Shown here piece after piece: positions 46,398-59,879 of a DNA stretch of 64,000 nt. The stretch's first letter is position 1, and each line of letters starts with the position of its first letter. Location of the stretch: positions 124,001 through 188,000 of the forward strand of contig JBEUKZ010000070.1 in NCBI GenBank assembly GCA_048128005.1, given 5' to 3'. The position numbers and the translations under genes are program-made. The notes beneath the pieces were generated by a model. It saw nothing but the letters and a program-made list of their open reading frames with translations, searched no databases and was not told the DNA's origin. The DNA comes from Veleropilina oligotropha. Taxonomy: Eukaryota.

Positions 46398-47906
46398 CGG
46401 ATTTTATGATGCAATATCCGGTTTACAGGTTTTCGGCTGTAGCGTTAAAATGCTTCGTCGTACAAACATCAAAATAGGCTCAAAATGTTCTTTAGAGGGA
46501 GGGAGGCGGAATGATGCTTAATGTCCTGTATATTTACAACATCGAGGTTCAAGGCAGGACATGTCCGTGTTATCGCGGGAGGAAACCCCGGTCGCCCGGA
46601 ACCCGCCCTCTTCGGCCAATCGCGGACAACTGTGATTCATAACTTGAAGAAATGTCACTGCCTCAGCCAGGTATTGAACCCACTACTGTTCGCATTAGAG
46701 GAATCAATCAAGCCAGTGAATTTAGGGTGGACACTCTTACCCACTGCGCTGCCGATCAGGGGTCAATGACAACATGAATTATATGGAATCTATCTCACAC
46801 AAGATGGCCGCCAGGGGGATTTAAAATTTTGTAAATAGGTGGTCAATTTGTAATTTCGCCAAATCGAATTAAATTATGTAAATTCGTTATGCAAACCATA
46901 GTCATGATGAAATGATATTGATATCAGCAAAAATATTTAGAGAACAAGAGCAATCAGAGGAGATTTCAAACCCTCGCCACGGGGGCCAAGGAAGACGATG
47001 GTGAAAGTCAGAAATGTCTACGATCAATATTTCTAACAATGCATTTACAATCATAAAATGTAATCACAAATTATAAAAAAAATAAGGAATAACAAAATTT
47101 AAATAAAAATAAAAACATATTTTGTACGTAACGGGAGTTGAACCCCGTACCTCTAGATCTCTCGCCAACTCCTTAACCATTTGCGCTGTCCAGACTGTCT
47201 AATTACTACGGCTAATTTTGTCTATTTATGTTTGGTGTTAGAATTTTGTATTTGGAAATTTTGCGGAAGTTGACAATATTTAACTCGCAATAACTCAATA
47301 GTTACTAAAGCGATATGCCTAAAATTTTCAAGAAAGATAGATTACGGTAACCTTGTTTAATGGTGTAAATTATATCACGGCTTTAACAGTATTTAAAGAG
47401 CTATCACAAATATCGCAACGTCTCGACGATTTTGACTTCGGAACAAAAATTATTGCTATAAATTCGCTCAAACACATAAAGTATATCGATTTGAGTTGTA
47501 GATAATGTCCCACTCTGTCACTTGTTAAATTTTGAGGTGTCTGGTTTCAGTGGTTACATATTTACGGCATTTTTTGCAATTTGCGTTGGTTGATTTCTAA
47601 AATGCTTATAAAGTTCACATTTCACATTTTTTTCTAAATATTTTTGCTGATATCAATATCATTTCATCATGACTATGATTTGCATAACGAATTTACATAA
47701 TTTATTTCGATTTGGCGAAATAAGAAATTGACCCCCTAATTTTAATCCCCCTGGCGGCCATCTTGTGTGAGATGGATTCTATATAACATGTTGTCATTGA
47801 CCCCTCATATAAAGAACATTTTGAGCCTATTTTGAAGTTTGTACGATGAAGCGTTTTAAAATTACAGTCGAAAGCGTGTAAACCGGATATTGCGTCATAA
47901 AATCCG
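46398..47906. mobile_element. Long foldback element (imperfect inverted arms) interrupted by a SINE
   Basis: 46398-46495 plus 46758-46940 are reverse complementary to 47634-47906. The interior 46945-47385 recurs inverted at ~48287-48712. Confidence 0.7.
46498..46757 (-). mobile_element. tRNA-derived SINE, copy 2
   Basis: Closely similar to 44237-44494. Confidence 0.85.
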
Positions 47907-48819
47907 AAATCGATATACTTTATGTGTTGGAGCGAATTTGAACTGGCCTGCTAAAACGCCGATGAGGTGGACGCGGGCCTAAAACTCCATCACACCACCA
48001 CCACCATGTCATTTCTGAGTTGGAAACCGGCGAGACAACATCGAGGAATCGACATAAACAATATGATTGGTTGACAAATTGTGGAAACAAGACTGAGACT
48101 TTGATTGACAGTCACATAACAAAAGACGTACTGAATTACTGTGATGTTATGATGTGTTGTTTTAGTATTGGCAATTAACTTCACAGGCAAGCTAGAATCA
48201 CCGACAACAGAAGGCCACGCCTCAAAAGCGCAGGCCTCGCCTACCTACCGGGTGATTGCAGATTCCGGCCTTTAAATACTACTAACGCCGTGATATAATT
48301 TACACCATTAAGCAAGGTTACCGTAATATATCTTTCTTGAAAATTACAGGTATATCGCTTTAGTAACTCTTGAGTTATTGCGAGTTAAGTTCGGCAAAAT
48401 TTGCATATACAAAATGTAACACCAAATATAAATAGCCTAAATTAGCCGTAGTAATTCGACTGTCAGTATGGCACAAACGGTTAAGGCGTTGTAGAAAGAT
48501 CTAGAGGTCAGGGGTTCGTTCCCGTTACCTGCAAAATATTTTTTACATTTTTTATTTAAATTTTGTTATTCCTTATTTTTTTATAATTTGTGATTACATT
48601 TTATGATTGTAATTCATGTTTAAAAATATTGATCGTAGACATTTCTCACTTTCACCATCGTCTTCCTTGGCCCCGTGGCGATGGTTTGCAATCTCCTCTG
48701 ATTGCTCTTGTTGGCTAATGTGTTGTTTACCGATGATTATTCCCATTGTCAGGGTCGAACCGGGGGTGTGGTGTCGGCCAATTGAGTGATTTGCAGACGT
48801 TAACGTGGTGTAAAATGAC

Positions 48820-49260
48820 CGGTATGATGGCGGGGCAATGCTTATTTGGGGTGGCATTAGTAGCCTACGACAGGATACGCGGGTCTTTATATCATCCAGA
48901 ATGTCAATGGTTCTCTGGCAGCTGATGGTTACATAGAATAGATCATGGATCCGTTTGTAAGACTGTATACATATGCCATAGGCGCTGACTTGATGGTATT
49001 GGATGACAATACCATGCCACATAGAGGTAAAGTGGTGATGCAGTATCTTCAATATATGATTAAAACGAGATAATGAACTGGTCGGCATGCTCGTCGGATA
49101 TATGAATCATATTGAGCATGCATTTGACATGTTTCTGACAGTCATATCACCACGATCAAAACAACTCAACAGTCTAACGAAGCTCGAAAAGGCTATATTA
49201 GAATGCCGGAAGAATACTCCTGGGCTAGCATGTATGAATTTGATTAGAGCACAGAGAGGA
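48820..49260 (+). pseudogene. Tc1/mariner transposase remnant
   Basis: DDNTMPHR and ACSSDMNHIEHAFD resemble QDNARPH and SPDLNPIEH.WD. Confidence 0.6.
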
Positions 49261-49277
49261 CGTTTATCAGGCGGTTA

Positions 49278-49979
49278 TTAAAGGGACACTTTATATCATA
49301 CAACGCATCGCTCGATATAGTAGCTCCCGCCTTTCAATAATGATTTTACGCTTTTCTATGTTGACTTGTCCATGTTTCTTGACACGACTATTAAGTCGCG
49401 AGACTATCGCACGCACTCTGCTCGCATAGTCATATTCTAGTCCTAGTCTATTTACTATGCTCTCGCTGGTCCGCCTACTTCTTTCCCGACTGGAATATCG
49501 TCTCTTTGAAATTTTCCAAACATTAATATGTATTTAATATATCAAATTTAGTTAAAAGTTAATTAAAATAAACTTTTAGAAGCGTTTGTGCAGTTAATAA
49601 ATTAGCTACGCGGTGAATAAATTGGCATAAATTGGCTGAATATGGCTACGCGGAACTATTTGCTGTTTAACATCACTGTATTTCATATTTAAAACGTTGT
49701 TATTAGCCTACCCTTTTCTTGAAAACACTTAACCATGTCATTTGCACTTCATTAAATTACAAACTGAAGCGAAATAATATGTATATTAACTATGTGGCGA
49801 TCCGCCACATAGCGACCAGCGAGAGCAGAGATATAAGACTGGGGTCGTCTTTTCGTATCTCTTTGCCTGGAGAGTGTATCGCACGCTAAAAAGAGGTTCT
49901 ATAAATAGTCACAGCATCGTTCGAGAAAATCTAACTGCAGTGATTTTCCTTGACGTCCAGGTATACAGTGCCCCTTTAA
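49278..49979. mobile_element. TTAA-flanked MITE (Kolobok-like)
   Basis: ttaaagggacact.tata at the left end and tatacagtgcccctttaa at the right end. Confidence 0.6.
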
Positions 49980-50643
49980 TGTGAGAGGACGTCATAATGA
50001 TATTCGTTATTATAGTCCATAAAAAACACAATAAAACTGTTATAATCACTATTCTTTCATTGACAAAATCTGCTTTTCTAAATGAACGGGTGTGTCACCT
50101 TTTATTTGCATTTTGTTTACCTCTGATTCATGAATGACTTGAAAATTTGCATGTAACATTATACTATTATACTTTTGAGGACCATAATGGAAATAAGTGC
50201 CCGACTAGGGCTATTTCTTATGTTATCCTCGGCAATATTTTTAATATGTATTTATTTTTATATTTATTTTTATATATACATTTATATTGCCAAATACAAA
50301 TCTATCAATCTATCTTTGCGTCGCTAACAAAAATATTTCAATATTGATGTTTTTAAATTTATTGAAATTAATCATATCTATGATGCTTAGCACCACCACT
50401 TTTATCTAAATAGATTTATATGATTTGTGTTACGGTAACATCTTACGTAAAAAGTACTCTTTTAATTATTCTCTCCGGGCGATGGACTACTTTTGAAGAC
50501 TGCAATCTATTTATAAAATATATTAATAACCGGAAGGATTTCCGGGGTTTTCTCGAACGCATGTGCAAAGCGCTTTCCGTCTGTTCGTCGAATGCCGCGC
50601 TGATTAATTTTGTAAGTTGTTTATCTGTGAATTTGGGCAAAGC

Positions 50644-50773
50644 ATGCCCACAATCGACGAGAAAACAGAGACGGAGGAGGAAGACATGGAACACGAAACA
50701 CCAGACAGCGAGAAGAGCTCAGATGACGAGTCTGGTTCCGTGTCTGGATCTGATGACGACGACAACTCCTCTG
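50644..50773 (+). CDS. BRMS1L: BRMS1/BRMS1L-like (Sds3 family, Sin3-HDAC subunit) exon 1
   Basis: Acidic N-terminus MPTIDEKTETEEEDMEHE...DDDDNSS. Donor G|gtacgc is phase-compatible with exon 2. Confidence 0.75.
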
Positions 50774-51610
50774 GTACGCCAAGCCTTGTTTTGGCTCGGA
50801 CTCTGAGTCCACGTTCTTGAGGGAAATCGCTTTGGGTGTCCCCCGTCCCCTTATCCTACAAGTTAGCCATGTAATGTTACAGGTTTTTTCTCGCATAACC
50901 TCTAGCATCACCCCCGCTGTTTCTTTTAACAATGCGCAATTTTCCAGTTTAGTAAATTTATATCATCAACTTGACCAAGATAAAATGTAATGGGAAAAAC
51001 AACGTTAAAACAATTTTTTCCATTCTTGTAACTATGCAGATAATCAGTGCTGGATGCGCTGCGGTCATTTTTAACTCGATAACTAAGACATCCGGGTTGC
51101 GTTGTAAAATGGCAAGTGCTTTTAAGGAATGCCGGCGGACTCGGACCTTTGCTTACTCGGACCTTCATTTATGGCCAACTCGGACACCCCAAAAATAATT
51201 AATTTTAATAAAATCTATGGCAAATTTATCTTTAATTAAGTCAAAAAGATGAAATACAAGTATTTTGCGATGAATATACGGTCACTGCAAAATTAATTTT
51301 AGGTACGTCTCCAGAAGTGCTAATATATTATTTCAATAACTTTTTTTTTATAATAAATAGAAATAATGCCGTGACTTGCATCACTGCCAACCAGGTACTC
51401 ATTCAGACCGGCTGGGTGGACCGAGGCAATTCTATGCTTATTTCCTTGCCCAAGTGAAATCGCTGAGTTTTGGGGGCGAACGCGAGACTCTGTGATCAAA
51501 ATCCTATGAACAACCCACTGAGCCACGACGGCACGTGTGGTTTTTGCGCGTCATTTTTGAATTATTTCGTAAAATACACTTATAAAACCACTATGAAGTA
51601 TTTATAGTAT

Positions 51611-54212
51611 TAGGGACCGCAGACCTATCCAAGATGGCATCTCTTTAATAAAATATCGCCCTCTGAACCAACTTCAACCCTGGATATTTACCTTACCATT
51701 GTAAATATCATACACAAACTCTACTGTCCTACTCACCATTCATAAATAAAATAAATTTACAAAGAAAACAATTCAACAGCAGCCCCAAACATCGATAACT
51801 GTGCCTACAACACAGCACATCAGTGCACGACTCAAACCGACGCCATATTGTGGCCTTGTAAAATGTCAAGGTCAGTTCAGCACGCGCACATGGATGCATG
51901 CATGTAATCATCACATTATGCGTGCAAAGGTGCCACTTACAAACGGCATAGTTACCAATGTCACAAATGTTTACTACATTTTATTAGCATGACGCGACAT
52001 GAAAAGATCGTTTTTGATGGATTCGAAATGTTGTATATAGCGTAACTTTTTAATGACAAATTATAAAAACTAGAGCACCCTAAGTTCATGTTATTATTAT
52101 TGTATATATTACTTGTGTCAAGTTTCCTGTTATTTTGAAGTTAGTAAGTGCATCTTTTTTTAGATTGAAATTTAGTCATGGTCAGATAACTCATGCTGTC
52201 GTATTATGTTCAGTTTCTTATTTCTGTGCTTCACAAATAAATTGTGATAATATTTATGATGATTTAAGCACACATTTATATGAGGAAATATCAAATTACA
52301 TAAAAATTATATATATATGATAATTGATAGGCCTATATATATATGTATGTATGTATGTATGCATGTATATATATACATATATATATACACATATATATAT
52401 ATGTGTATTATTCAGCGCCTAGGGCTCACCTGCAGATTAGGCGCTATAGAAATCTTCTTTATTATTATTATTATTATATACACATATATATACACATAGA
52501 TTATATACATATATACATATTTTGATTTTATTTGAATCACAGTTTTTACCACCATTTTCAGAATTTGTATATATATATATGTGATGTTGGTGGAACAGGA
52601 GAAGACTGATACGGTTTCATTCTACCTTGATGGGCCTATAGTTCCACATTACGGCAAGTTATTATTCATCTCAGTTCCAAGGGTGTGGCTGTTTCAACAC
52701 ATTTCAACAGTCATCGGTATTGTTTTGCAGAAACTCGCTGTGATGTCTGTAGACAAGCTACCTAGTGAATCATCCTGTCGACGTATAATAATTGAAGGTG
52801 CCTGCATTGCAAAGATGCAAGTCATGGAGGCAGCAGGTGCTAGCTCCAACAACACCATTTCCGTGGACGGAACAACAGACAGGCAGCGCCACTATCTAAA
52901 CCACCAGCTGGCAACATCTGGAGGAGTCTACACCGCTTCATTATGCGAAACAACATCAGGTGATACACAAACACAAATTGATGCAACTTTGCAGATGTTT
53001 CAAGATTATGCCAAGTACTTGACTCCGTCCCAAGCAAATGAACAAGATATCGTGACTAAACTTGTGCTGTCAGTAAAAAATATAATGTCCGATCAGCATA
53101 TTGTAAATAAGTGTTATAATGAAAAGTTCCAGAATATCAGGTCAACTTTACTACAACAGAGTGTTGACAATTGGGAAACAATGCCAGCAAAGGACAAGGA
53201 ACGTTCTGTCCAAATACATCAGTGGTTCTGTCACCTTCATGTGCTAATTGGTTTGGCCGATGCAAGTGAATGTGCGTTGAAGACATACGAAAGTATCGTG
53301 ACATCACAAGGTGAGATCAAGTTAGGTAGAGATGCGCTAAATGAATTCCGACACTGGAAGAAGGATGCATCTGGTGCAAGTCGCCTCATTGGAAGTGTGT
53401 GTCAGTTTTTGGGGCCAGGTGGAAATCCTGTAGCTGGTGTTCCGGAAGATTTTAACCAATTCCTCGGCACCAGGCAGAAGAACCAGCTGCAGCAATTCGA
53501 TCATACAAGATTTAACACCCTCTTCAAGAATGCTGCAGCTGTTTACTACCATTTAACAGACATCAGGGAATTTCTGGACCTATGCTGTCCAAAGCTGTTA
53601 AGGCAGACACAGGTGTTAATGATTGTTATAAAAATGTTATAAAAATTTGTGATTGAATTTTGATAAAGACTATAGCTTTAAAATTAACATAAATTTACAT
53701 GTTTACACAACATATATAAAAAATAAATTCCACATTTTTAGTGCCCTTTTCATTCGGAGGCTAAAAGGGATTATTTTTGCATTGTATGTTGCTAAAGTGG
53801 ATTATATAATTTAATAAAGGTGAGTTAATTTCCATGGTGTCTGTGCCACTTTTTTCAACCAGTGCAAGTACCTACTTGAGCTGTACGATTTTTGGATATA
53901 GAGTGCGAGAAAATTGTTGTTTTTGTGATATTTGAATTTAGTGGTAAGTATATTACCAAGACACCACAGCAATATATCTGAAATATTTGTGATCATATTG
54001 TAAAATCAACACCAAAGTTGACCCAAGACCTCATTTTGCTCAATATTGGTTTATTGAAATTATGTGGTCTGTTTTACAGTGGACACCATTGCAACAGTAT
54101 CCACCAGAATATGTATATATTTTAATTTATATCTAAGTATGATCAAGGTTGATACATTGGAAGGCGTTTTATTGACTAGTCACGCCCCTTTAAAAACGGC
54201 CGACGGTCCCTA
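51611..54212 (+). mobile_element. hAT-superfamily-like DNA transposon in BRMS1L intron 1
   Basis: Termini tagggaccg...cggtcccta with flanking direct repeat atagtat (7 bp). Encloses a transposase fragment. Confidence 0.75.
52581..53642 (+). pseudogene. DDE transposase fragment
   Basis: ISVDGTT (D), IMSDQ (D), FCHLH (CxxH) and TRFN. Truncated at both ends. Confidence 0.7.
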
Positions 54213-54434
54213 ATAGTATCAATAGATTTGTATTACTAGTAAAGTTCGTCATTTAACAATAACAATGTTTATCAGGTGATTCAGCCTTTCCGAAACTGTT
54301 TGCGCGACTTGCAACAAATATCAGCGACATTTCCAAGCAAATTAATGACCAGCGTTCACACAACAATAGCAAAATGTTTATATTAACTTACTGTCCAGTT
54401 GACATTTATATAAACACATGCCAAGTGTTTGTTA

Positions 54435-55497
54435 AAGCCCCGTTTACACTACCAAATATAAGCTGCTTCGAAACCAGTTTATTTTAATGCGCATTATATT
54501 TGGTGTGTGTAAACGCAATGAGTCTACTTGAACCGGCTTAAAATGATCCACCTGATGTGGTTTGAAACCGGCTTAAATATTTTAAGCAGACTCATTTTGT
54601 AGTGTGAATGCTCGAGTGACTTTGAACCGGTTTGCTTTGCTTTTGAGTCGTATGTATGCACATGCTAAGCTTCTATAGATGTGCACGTGACTTGGACCTG
54701 TTGAGTCGACCTACAATTACAAGGTGATAACATCCACAGAAATATTCTGTAATTGCATGTAAACGCATATTAAAGTGATAACCAACCCAAATATATAAAC
54801 TTTTGTATTGCTTTAACTTTTATTACCCGAAATATGAAGATAAATATTTCGTCATTTCGAAGAAAAAAATGATTTATACAATTCCTCTATTTTGGGCCTG
54901 GCTCCGCCATTATGTCATCTGCAGTGGGTAATCTACATCATAATATCGCGTATTCATGCACTCGATCAGGCCAATATCAAGTCAATTATTGTAATACAAA
55001 AGAAAAGTGAAGTTACCACTAAAACGCAGATGTGATGTCGTCCATTGTTATATGCCCGCATGCGAGTAGGGGTGCTAATTGATAGTACAATAGACTACAC
55101 AGACATGGGTGACCGCATTTTAATTTTCATTGCACAACGGTTCTCTGAAGACTTGTTTATCTTGAAATATAAGGGTCCTTAATAAAGACAAAAGAGCCTT
55201 TGTTGTAAGTTGACTTGTCATATAATCTAATCGTGAGATTATGACATAGATTACCCAATGCAGACGACAACATGGTGGAGTCCAGGCCAGGAAGGGATAA
55301 ATTATATAAATCGTTTTTTCTTCGAATTGAAAAAATATTGAACTTTTATTTTTTAGGCAACAAAAGTTAAATCAATATTAGAACCAATACAAAAGTTTAT
55401 GTATGCAGGTTGGCTATTACTTTAAGCCAGATTATTTTAAACCGGTTTGAAACCGTTTTTTTAGTGCACATTATATTTGATAGTGTGAACGGGGCTA
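54435..55497. mobile_element. Harbinger-like MITE containing a nested TTAA-flanked MITE (~54769-55425)
   Basis: Outer ends agccccgtttacacta / tagtgtgaacggggct. Inner ends ttaaagtgataaccaacc / ggttggctattactttaa with long inverted arms. Confidence 0.7.
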
Positions 55498-56191
55498 AAG
55501 AATCAAACGGCAGTTGGAAGCAAACGTTGGGTAATATTTCTGACCGCTCATCTTGAATAGGAAGTCGCAACTGATAACTACCGACTGCGATAATCCAATG
55601 AAACAGATTGCACTGCAGAAGGTCAATTTTACTGCCTCGACGACAATTATATAACAGTTTACATATGTGGAATATCTAAGTACTTTATTGGTACATGTAT
55701 TGTAGGACGACATGGTGTTTATATACAAATATTGCCGCAAAATCTATTGGCCCAGTGGACTTTCATATACTGGAATTGACTGGCCCAATACTGGCCCAAT
55801 ATATATATCCGTCGATTTATTTGAAAAATGCCTGCTCAATTTTGACCAAAGTTGGTATACACATTCCAAGCAGACAAATTAAAGACAATCTGACCGTGTC
55901 GTTCTTGAAATGTTAATGATAGCTGCAGATGTGCATCGTTTCCGAAAGAAAGTGACAATATCCAAATATAAACTTATGATTTAGGGAAATTATGTGTTGC
56001 AAATGATGTACAAATCACCACCTTGAAGACAAGAAAAGACTTTGAAAAGTTCCTTTTGTTGAAAAAAAGTAAATGGAAGCTTAATTTCTACAATATATAT
56101 TATAGAGACTGAGGGGATCTCACATGAGTGGTCTTTTAATATCACATTATGAAACTACTTAATAACTAATTTTCACTCACAGTTGTCCATA

Positions 56192-56413
56192 ACCAGCCAT
56201 TATGGACAGCGTTACCCGGGTGGCCAGCCATTATGGACAGCGTTACCCGGGTGGCCAGCCATTATGGACAGCGTTACCCGGGTGGCCAGCCATTATGGAC
56301 AGCGTTACCCGGGTGGCCAGCCATTATGGACAGCGTTACCCGGGTGGCCAGCCATTATGGACAGCGTTACCCGGGTGGCCAGCCATTATGGACAGCGTTA
56401 CCCGGGTGGCCAG
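56192..56413. repeat. 31-bp perfect minisatellite, 7 copies
   Basis: Unit ccagccattatggacagcgttacccgggtgg. Confidence 0.95.
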
Positions 56414-56788
56414 CTTTTCACCTGTGATGGTAGGGATATGTCTTTGTATGACCCTGAAAGCCTTACAAGATAAGGTGTGAAAGAATGCTTCCTGTCATCA
56501 GTTCTGTGAATACACGGCCTCTGATTACTTAATTGATTTGCAAGTTCTCTCATAAATGTAGTGGTGGAGATTAAATGAAATTTCAAGTTCATCACTTCTT
56601 CCTTTTCTGTTCTTAATTTTTTTTTTATTTGAAGACATTTTTGATCGCAGCGACTAAAATCAACGCCAGTATGCACTGCATGTAGTAGTAAGTACTACGT
56701 TGTAAAGGACGAGCTCTCTCGGCCATGGTGGTGAATGTGATTTATGTGCTATAATAGACGACTATACTATTGATTTCATATGTTTCAG

Positions 56789-56879
56789 AGTTGGATGAAG
56801 TTGAATGTGAAAAGCGAAAGAATGAGTGTCTTGACGACATGGCGGAGTTGGAACGCCAGTTTTCACATCTGCGGGAGCA
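56789..56879 (+). CDS. BRMS1L: BRMS1L-like exon 2
   Basis: ELDEVECEKRKNECLDDMAELERQFSHLREQ. ttcag and gtgagt boundaries. Confidence 0.92.
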
Positions 56880-57471
56880 GTGAGTATCCTTTAGCTGTCG
56901 ATCAGATAAAATAAATGCATGTCATGGAAACTTTTGTATTATAGTTTGTAGAGCAGAACAATCAGTATTTTCTCTTGGTTGAGTCGTATATATCTAAACT
57001 CTGTTATATTCGCCGGCCCCCGGCTGAAAAATTGAAATGATTCTCTGTATGAATTACTATACTGCTTAGTACGTTCATGTATTGAATTAATTAATTGAAA
57101 CTCTATGTTTGCTTGTGATCTCCAGAGGTGTTTACTCCTATGGAATCTTTAAGTCATTTAGATCAAACTTTTATTTTATTCGTTTCATTACATCATTTGA
57201 TCACGATTGATTCGTGGTGTGCGTCGAATGCCAACATCGATAGAATTATCATGTGACTCTCGTCTACTGCTTGGCGACATGAACCGTCATAACGTGAAAA
57301 CGGCGAAATATCATGTATATGAAATAAATAATAAAGCATTATTTTTGCTATAATAAGTTTCTTGATAAATAATTTTATTAAAGTGGGCTTATATTCACAT
57401 CATGTTGAGCCTGTCATGCGCATTGTGCCTTCTTCGCACTTACGCCATCGGCCATCTTGTAAAACGGAACA

Positions 57472-57810
57472 ATGAGTAAGCGTCAACATACGGGGGTAGA
57501 TTTGGTGACTACCACGAAAAAGAGGCGTCCATCATTACAAGTATACAAAGCAGAATACAGCCAGATGTGGCTTTGCTTTGACAAAATCGAGAAAAGGGGA
57601 ACATTTCGTGTTTTGTTCAACCTGCAATTCGGACCTTTCCTGTAATCATGGTGGGGGTAATGACTGGAAACGGCATATTGGGAATAAATCGCACAAGGAT
57701 TATGCATCGCTAAAAGCCGCTTGTCGATCGATAACATCCTTCACCCGGAAACCCTCTTTTGAGGCGCGCAAGGTAAAGGTCACTCGTGCAGAGACTTTAA
57801 TATTGGTTCC
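57472..57810 (+). pseudogene. hAT-type transposase N-terminal zinc-finger remnant
   Basis: FCSTCNSDLSCNHGGGNDWKRHIGNKSH. No catalytic domain follows. Confidence 0.6.
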
Positions 57811-58181
57811 CTGTGCGACCTGGATTTACCAGAGAAACACTGACAGTCTGTTCTTTGATCTGCATGCTAACTATTATAATTTTTAAGTTACCTTTTCTTC
57901 TTTTTACTGTATTGAATATAATGCATCATATAAAATATGTGTAGGCGCATAAAGATGCACTTTGGTGAAGTTGTTTTTGAACATTTGCTTTAGGAAAAAG
58001 CAAAAATGTAGCCTGAAAATTTATGTCTGAAAACCTACAGAAGTGCCCAGAATTCAGGATTTTAAGTCTAATTTTCAAAATGCTCCCCCGTACCAGTTAC
58101 CGGAACGCCTATGACGTCCCGAACCTGCTACTCATTTCAAGTACAAGGGGTAAACACATCTGGATCTCTTGCTTTTCGCAG

Positions 58182-58309
58182 ACTGTACAGCGAGCGCATG
58201 ACCCAGATTGAGCTGAAACTGGTAGAGGTCCAGAAGGAGTCCGCCACGGAATACCTCAGCCCGCTGCAGGAGTTGGACGAGGAGCTCAAGATACGGCAGC
58301 ATGTGGCAG
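58182..58309 (+). CDS. BRMS1L: BRMS1L-like exon 3
   Basis: LYSERMTQIELKLVEVQKESATEYLSPLQELDEELKIRQHVA. AG/GT boundaries in phase. Confidence 0.92.
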
Positions 58310-59000
58310 GTTGGTGCTACCTCCATGAAATGGTTTAGATCTGAGTCAATTCAAACTATTGCATGTCGGTTTGGGGGCGTTTACACCAACAATATTTAAA
58401 CTCAAAAACTTATAGATATCATATGTTTCCCAAAATATCAACATGTTCAGATTAGCAGTTTTTGAGGAGTAGATTTGATTAGGTTTCACAAAAATCAAAC
58501 ATGGCCGCCATAATACGTGACCATTCATAATGAGGTACACGTCAACATTTGTCCTCCGCTGTCCGCTATCACATGTGAAAAATAGATTTATGTGTATTTC
58601 ATCATTCTTAAGTTATTTCAATTTGTCTGTGACAGAAGAAAAATAATAATAATCTTTACAATAACAATAAGTTAGTGCAACGGAAGCCTGAATTAATTCA
58701 GCACACTTTTGCTATCACTCTCCTAAAAGTAATGGAGATATATTCTACACTTTCCTTCTACGATGAAATGTTGCAATACGACCCTCACTCTATCCTGAAA
58801 GAGGTAATCCCATGAAATGGTAGTCACTAATATGAGCTCAATACTGACAGCTACATTATTAGATGCATCAGGTGAAATGTTATTCCTGTGATTGTGATAT
58901 TTGATCTCAAGAGATGATGGCGAATATTAGCTGCCATTAATCGGCATGCACATATTTTAACAATGATTTTAATTTCTTTGTCATGAATCATCTCTTGCAG

Positions 59001-59080
59001 GCGTGTTAAAAGATTTACGGATTCAGTGTATAAGAAACAAATTTGAATCCGAAGAAAGTTCTACTCATCAAAATATGGAG
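59001..59080 (+). CDS. BRMS1L: BRMS1L-like exon 4
   Basis: GVLKDLRIQCIRNKFESEESSTHQNME. ttgcag and gttggt boundaries. Confidence 0.9.
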
Positions 59081-59185
59081 GTTGGTATATTTAAATGCCA
59101 TAGCTGACCGGTTTACTCTGATAATCATTTTGAGTGATGCCAGTTATTTATTCGGTATTCACAAGGGTGCAATGTGAGTTGTATT

Positions 59186-59513
59186 CGTTCTATGTGGTGT
59201 GTGCCTGTTCTATGTGGTGTGCGCCTGTTCTATGTGGTGTGCGCCTGTCCTATATGGTGTGCGCCTGTTCTATGTGGTGTGCACCTGTTATATGTGGTGT
59301 GCACCTGTTATATGTGGTGTGCACCTGTTATATGTGGTGTGCGCCTGTTATATATGTGGTGTGTGCCTGTTATATGTGGTGTGCGCCTGTTATATGTGGT
59401 GTGTGCCTGTTCTATGTGGTGTGTGCCTGTTCTATGTGGTGTGTGCCTGTTCTATGTGGTGTGCGCCTGTTCTATGCGGTATGCGCCTGTTCTATGCGGT
59501 ATGCGCCTGTTCT
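59186..59513. repeat. 20-bp minisatellite, ~16 copies (intronic)
   Basis: Unit gttctatgtggtgtgcgcct and variants. Confidence 0.92.
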
Positions 59514-59782
59514 CACATTGTACTTTAACCGTAAGAGAATCGTGGTTGGTTGCTGTTCTGATCTTCTCCACAGTACCGTTACTTTTAAGAAGAAATTTTT
59601 CATGATCCAAATTTGACAGAGCTGCAGAGATGCTAGTATAGTACTGAATCAATTATTACCTTTTGTTTATTAAAATTGTTTATTTCTTTGCTTTTAACAT
59701 GTTATATTTATTGGCAAGTTTCAGATACAAAATTAAAAATAATGTTGTATGCCACCTTGTGATGTTTTGGTCTTATTTACAG

Positions 59783-59879
59783 AGTGAAAAAATCCTGTTA
59801 ATAGATTCTGTTAAACAAGAACTGGAGGAAAAAATAAGAAAGCTCGAGGAGGACAGACACAATATAGATATCTCATCAG
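59783..59879 (+). CDS. BRMS1L: BRMS1L-like exon 5 (gene continues beyond the window)
   Basis: SEKILLIDSVKQELEEKIRKLEEDRHNIDISS matches the BRMS1 family LEEKIRRLEEDRH motif. Donor CAG|gtgaga. Confidence 0.93.

Noticed and set aside
59134..59616. Cys-rich metallothionein/keratin-like ORFs
   Set aside because: Translation of a 20-bp intronic minisatellite.
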